Source of the DNA: Actinomycetes bacterium
GTDB taxonomy: Bacteria; Auribacterota; JAJCYG01
Length of the DNA: 64,000 bases
Assembly: GCA_029263055.1 (NCBI GenBank)
Contig: JAJCYG010000058.1
Location: 3,587 to 67,586 of the forward strand
Direction of reading: 5' to 3'
Shown here: positions 54,101 to 60,100 of the stretch, one piece after another
Layout: each line of letters starts with the position of its first letter
Position numbering within the stretch: position 1 is the first letter of the stretch
Position numbers and translations under genes: made by a program
The notes under the pieces: generated by a model
What the model saw: the letters and a program-made list of their open reading frames with translations, nothing else
Told to the model about the DNA's origin: nothing
The model's database searches: none

Positions 54101-57100
54101 AACACGGCTCACTAACTGGTTATGCCCATAAGCAAACGTCATGTCATTGGTTGGAACAATCTCTTTAGAAAAGATGCCGACTAAAGGCCCCACATTTCGA
54201 GTAACCATGTTCTCATCGCTGTTATTTGCTTCAGTGGTACTTTGAACAATGGCTAAGTTTGGATTTTCAAACATAAACTTAGCCATTTCCCAGGTCCCTT
54301 GTGTAGCAGCCCATGAAGATTTGTCATCAAACTGAAGGATTTTATTTAAACCCATATAATGCTCAGCAGGTTCGCCATTGACTTTGTTTGAAATCAAATC
54401 ACCCCAGCCCAACTCTTCATGCATAGTGTCATGAACTTGATCCCCTAAAAATCCGCGAATCCCTTGAGCATATAAAACTTCTCTAAAACGAGCGGTTACT
54501 TCTGACTCGGTTGGAGCACGGCGGAGAAAACTTGCATCGGTCCACACGTCATAATAAAGCTCCCATTCACGCACAGAAACGTTACTAGGAAACTGAGCTT
54601 TAAGAGGATCTGATTCAGCTAAATGTTGAGTTATAATCCGAATCAATTCTTTATGACGCGGACTTAAAGGAATCACAGAAAGATTTCCATCTGCTTGAGC
54701 CACTTCATTAACACGTTTGTTCAAGACATCTTCTTGATAGCGCAACACTGAAGCCATCTTTATTTCATTTAAGGATTGTTTATACTCTAAAACCAATTCA
54801 AGAATCTCTATTCCATCAGTCAGCTCTTCTTCACCAAGGAGTTGCACCTCAACTTCCCAGTCAGGATTAACAGATGGATCTGAGTCAATACCATTACTCT
54901 CTGCCACTAAAAGATTAAGCGCAAATTTTCTTGCCTCTTCCTTTTCATTCTCTGTTAGCTTATTTTCTATTTCAAAAATCTTTTCAACAGTGCTATAAGA
55001 AATAGAAAGGGCGCTCGCGATCGTTTTCATTATTTCTTCAGATCGAGTTAATGCCCGACCTTCTTCATCACGAATTTCTTCAGCAAACTCTTTTAAATTG
55101 TTTTCAACTCTATCAGTCATTTGAACAGATAAACCTAAGACCTCAGCTGCTGACATAAACGCCCATTTTTGTAGAGCTTGGCTACGTCCTAAAGCAAGGT
55201 CAATCAGGTCGTCTGCTTTTGCTTTAATCGCTTTAGAAAGATTTTCAACCTGCTCTTCCCAAACAGGGTGATCTGGAGCAAGAGGATCTATTGGCACCAA
55301 AGAACCAACAAAAGGAACAGAAGGAACACCACGGATCTCTGCTAATAAAGTCTCATTATCAGCATCATTACTAATCCCATTGATCTCTGCTAACAAATAA
55401 AACAATGCTTTTTTACGTGCTTTTTTATTTTCATTAGCACTAGAAGAGTCTTCACTTTGAACGATTAATCTAGCGGTTCTATAACTAACAGAAAGAGAGG
55501 TTGCAACAGTTTGAATAACCTTCTCTTCTTTTGTTAAACTTCGAGCATGGTGATGTTGAACCACTTTTTCTTGTAAAGCCAAGTCTTCTTCAATTTTTTG
55601 GCTCGCTTCAACAGACGTATTTAAAATTTCAGCCATGAAACGATGGCCTGCTTTTTGCTCCATCCAAGCAAAGACTATAGGGTGTATTTGGTTTTGATCT
55701 AAAAGCTCTTTCTTTACTTCACGGTAGGCATCGGTATAAGAGAGCCCCCCGTTTTTAGGGTCTATCTTCTTTAATATTTTTGTTTGGATTGTCCACACAG
55801 GTTCTGTTTTTAAGATCATCCACGCTTTATGACGATTTAAAACAGGGGCAAACGTATCGCCGAGCCTTTTAGAAAGCTTAACAACTTCTTCAAGCGCAAA
55901 ATCAATTTGAAATGGGACTGATTGGTTACTCGCTTTAGGAAACAAACCATGACGGCGATAAACCTTACCTTTATCTAAAACTTCACCATGCTTAGGACGA
56001 GACGTGTATTGAATTTTTTGTGTTTCATAAAAAGCAGTTCGCACATAAAGTTGTTGTAGATTTTCAAAATTCTCTTCAGTCACGCCTAATCGATACAGCG
56101 CTTCTCCAAAAAAATTATCATTAGTATTATCTTCATTATCCTTAGACATAAACTGAGTCACCCATTTGAATGAATTAAGAACAAGGGCGCTGTCAGCCAT
56201 CTCTAAGTTCATCCTACTAAGCTCACTCACCGCATCCGCATCAGCAACAGGCTCTAAATTTGATTCAATTTTGTTTCGATACGCTTTTACCAAAATAAGG
56301 TCCAGAACTTTATCTGTTAAGTCTCCTGTCCCTCTAAGACGATCTGTTTGCACCACATGCAAACGCTTTAAGGCTTCATCCATCACTTCATGGCGTGTCC
56401 ATGCCTTATTATGGCTTTGGTCTGCTTTCCATTTTTTTTCAGCATCAGCCACATCAAAAACTTTATTCACTTCAATCACTTCTTTTAAACTACGCAGACG
56501 ATCGCGGTATGGATTAAGGTCATCTAGTAAACCTTCCACCATTTCTAAAGCAGCTTCATAAGCAGATTGAAAACTCATTTTTGGATCTTTATATCTTAAT
56601 TCTTGAATCACAAAAGTAATAACATCTTGATAATCTAAAAGATCTTCCATAGGGCGAGGATCTGATAAAGGATTCACAGCATTGTGTCTAAGCACATCTT
56701 CTCTTAGTTCATTAAAGTAAGCTCCTGTCTTTTCTGCTTTAGGCTTTACTTTATCAGCCAACAAATACAAGTAGTCATCAGCACGCGCGATATTCACTCG
56801 ATGATCTAAACCACGGGTTGCCAGTTGTTCTTTATAATACCCAGCAGAACGTTGGTGCATTCGCAATCCCTTAATAATAATATGAATATCTTCATTATGG
56901 ACTGGGGTGAAAAGAGTCATGCCTTCAACCGTGGCATTATCAACTTTATTTTCTTCAACGCGGGTCACTTTTTGATTACGGCGATCAGAAGAGGTTCCAC
57001 GTGTTCTAGGACGAAACGTCCAAACAGAATGAATCCCTTTAGCAATGGCAAAGAAAGCTCCTACCACAACAGCCTGAGTTAAAGCAGTAGGCTCGGCAGC

Positions 57101-60100
57101 AAAGAAGCTGGCCCAATAAGAAATAAAATGGGTTCCATTAGCTAAAGTACTTAAAATTCCGAAAGAATCTGCGCCAAAACCATTAATCAACAACTGAGCG
57201 ATTTGAGGATAAAACCAGAACAGAGCAAGAGCAACAACCACAAAAGCTCCCCCTACATAAGCATTTCCCCAACGTTGTGCTTTTTCATCATTTCCACGAG
57301 TCGCCCAAACAGCTCGAATAAAAGGAAAAGCGATTATAAAAGATCCAATGATAAAGAGAAAATTTTGAGAGGCCAATGCCTGAGCAAGTGAAGCTAAAGC
57401 ATCTACGTGAGCATAAAAAGCGGTTCCAACGCCCCCTTGAACTAAAGGCTGAGCCACAACTCGAATCAAATCAGGCAATAATAAAAGGGCTGTTGAAAAC
57501 CCAATCAACTTAGCCCAAAATTCACCTTTGTTACGGCTTGGCATTTTATTAAAGACACGAATCACTCCACCCACCACAACAGCCAAAGTCAAACCTAATA
57601 ACATATAAAGGAAAGAACCAGGAAAAACAGTGGCTAAGACCACTCCAACAGCAAATGCTTCTGCTGTTAAATAAATGGAGGTTAAATTTGAACGAAGAAT
57701 ATTATTTTTAATCAAACGAGTTTCTGAAAAAAGTGGGAGCACAAAAATGAGTAGTGCGAAAAAAACCACAGGAAAAAAGAATGGCGAAGCAGCAACAGCA
57801 ATGCCTCCCATTAGCGCTAATTGATTAATAGTATAAGCTGAAACACCTACTCCGATTAGCGGAGAAAAAGCATCAATTATTTTTCGAACAACCTGTCTAA
57901 ATCGTGAGGCATCCCCCTCAGCTTCTCTTTTTAAACGTTGGCGTTCGGTTTCTAATTTACGGCCATCATTGATCACAATGGCTGTCACAATCCACATTGC
58001 AGCAAAGAAGAAAAGTGCTGAAGAAAGGTAAAACGACACACCATTAAAACTAGCTGTGACCATGGCTCCACTTTCAAAAAAACCTTCAACTAAGGGTGAA
58101 CCAATGGCGATGAGTCCAGCAATCACACGCCACAACAAACGAAGTGTATTTGGAATCACACCTGAATATTCTTCCTCGTCATCTTTATCTTTACCTGCTT
58201 GGTTTGCCGCTAATTGACGATCAGGTGTTTGCGGCCCAACTGGAGCAGCGGGTTGTGTCACTGCAGGAAGAGGTGTTGCTGGAGTCACTGCTTCCGCTGT
58301 AACAGTAGGTTCTTCAGGGCGTTGCCGCACTCTCTGAACAGGCTGAACACGAGCAGCAACAGGAGCACCACCCAAACCTTGCACAGCATCTAAATCAATA
58401 TCTGTAGGATCTGCTGATGGAACCGTTGAACCCTCTGGTGGAGCCTCAGCAATACCCATCTCTAAATCCCCATATTGAACAGCAGGAACTTGAGGCTTTT
58501 TAGTCAACAAATAAGGAGCTAAAAAAGCTGTTACAGGGTAAAGAGCGATTGTCTTTGAAATGGGGTTAGCAAAAAAGATCTCATAAAGTTCTAGTTGTGA
58601 ATATGAACTATCTTCACCATTGATTTGGTTTAAATAATGCATCAAACTTTCTGCTAAAGGAAATTCTTGAAGAAAAGAGTCTGAAGAAAAAGTAAAATTT
58701 TCTTCAATGAGACTAAATTGATTCTCATTTGAAATACGCCACTGCTCGTTTATGTCTTTGATGTGTCTTAAAACAGTATGAATCTCAATAATGGAAGGTC
58801 TGTTCTCTCCTGTTAATTGAGCCAATAAAAGGTCAACCTGTTTGACAAAAGCATCTGCTTGTATTTGGCGCAACTGCTCTTGATTAAATCTTAAACTAGG
58901 ATCTGTAATATCACCCGACTCCACTCGAGCCGCATAATCTCTGTCAACAAATTGAGTTTTAGTTAGAGAGAGTTTCATCCGTTCTAAAAGAGGGCGTAAC
59001 ATTTCAACAGCAACAGGCTTCACTTGAGGCAACGTTTGAATCGATTCCTTTGCCTGGCCATTAACCCAATCAGAAACATTATATTCTTCGCTTAAAGCTT
59101 CAGCCAATCGATCGGTTTGACGTGAAATAAAAACGTCATAGCCATATTGAGCACCGTAATGAGAAAACACAAGACTAAAAACTCGGTCAAGCCCTTCACG
59201 CACTTTAGCTTGTTCTTCAGTTTCTAGATCACTGATTTTAGATTCCAGTGTTTCAAAATAAAGAACGGTTTGTTCAGTATTAAAGGATTGCAGAAAAGAA
59301 GATAAGTTTTTTATTTTAGTTCTCAATCCAGAAACATCTTCTAAATTATTTCGAGCCAAAACCAAGCTACTTTGTACTAATTGGTTTTCTATGACTTGAT
59401 CCGCTGCTTCAGACCAACGCTGTAAACGAAATTGAAGCGTTGCTTGAATCAAAAGATCCACTCGATCAGCGGTTGAATCAACTAAAGCTAAGGCAGCTTC
59501 TTGAACTGGTTTAGGTGCTTGGCTAATAAGGGCTAATGCTTTTCTTAAATCTTTTTTATAAAGAATAGGGTTGGGTGCTGAAGCAAGCGAAATAAAATAA
59601 GACCGCAACTCAGAGAGCAATACTTCTTCCTCAGAAGGAGCTGTAGGAGCCACATCTCCTCCAAGCATTCCAACCACTTCAGCATCTTCTACTTTTTCAA
59701 CTTCAGCAGCTTGAGTTTCATCTTCTTCATATTCATCTTCTTGAGTCAGACCAAGAGCTAGCGGGTAAAAACCTAAAACAAGGTTGGCGCGCTGAACAAA
59801 TGTCTCTAGGGTATCTTCTCTTTCAATAAGATCAAAAATCCCAACTTGCTCTTGAGATTGAAACTTATCTTTAAAACGCTGAATCATCCCAAAATATTCT
59901 TCAGTTGATTTATCTGCGGCGACTTCATCCTTTATACGAGCTGCAATCGTAAGAGGCCCTCCTTTTCCATCCCCTGGATCTGTTTCTCCAGCAAAGTCTG
60001 TTTCAAGACGATGCGCAAAAGCATCTAATAGGGCAATAACCACACCTTTAATAATTTTATCGTCAGAAAGCACCTTCTTTGAATCAGCAACTACCAACTC

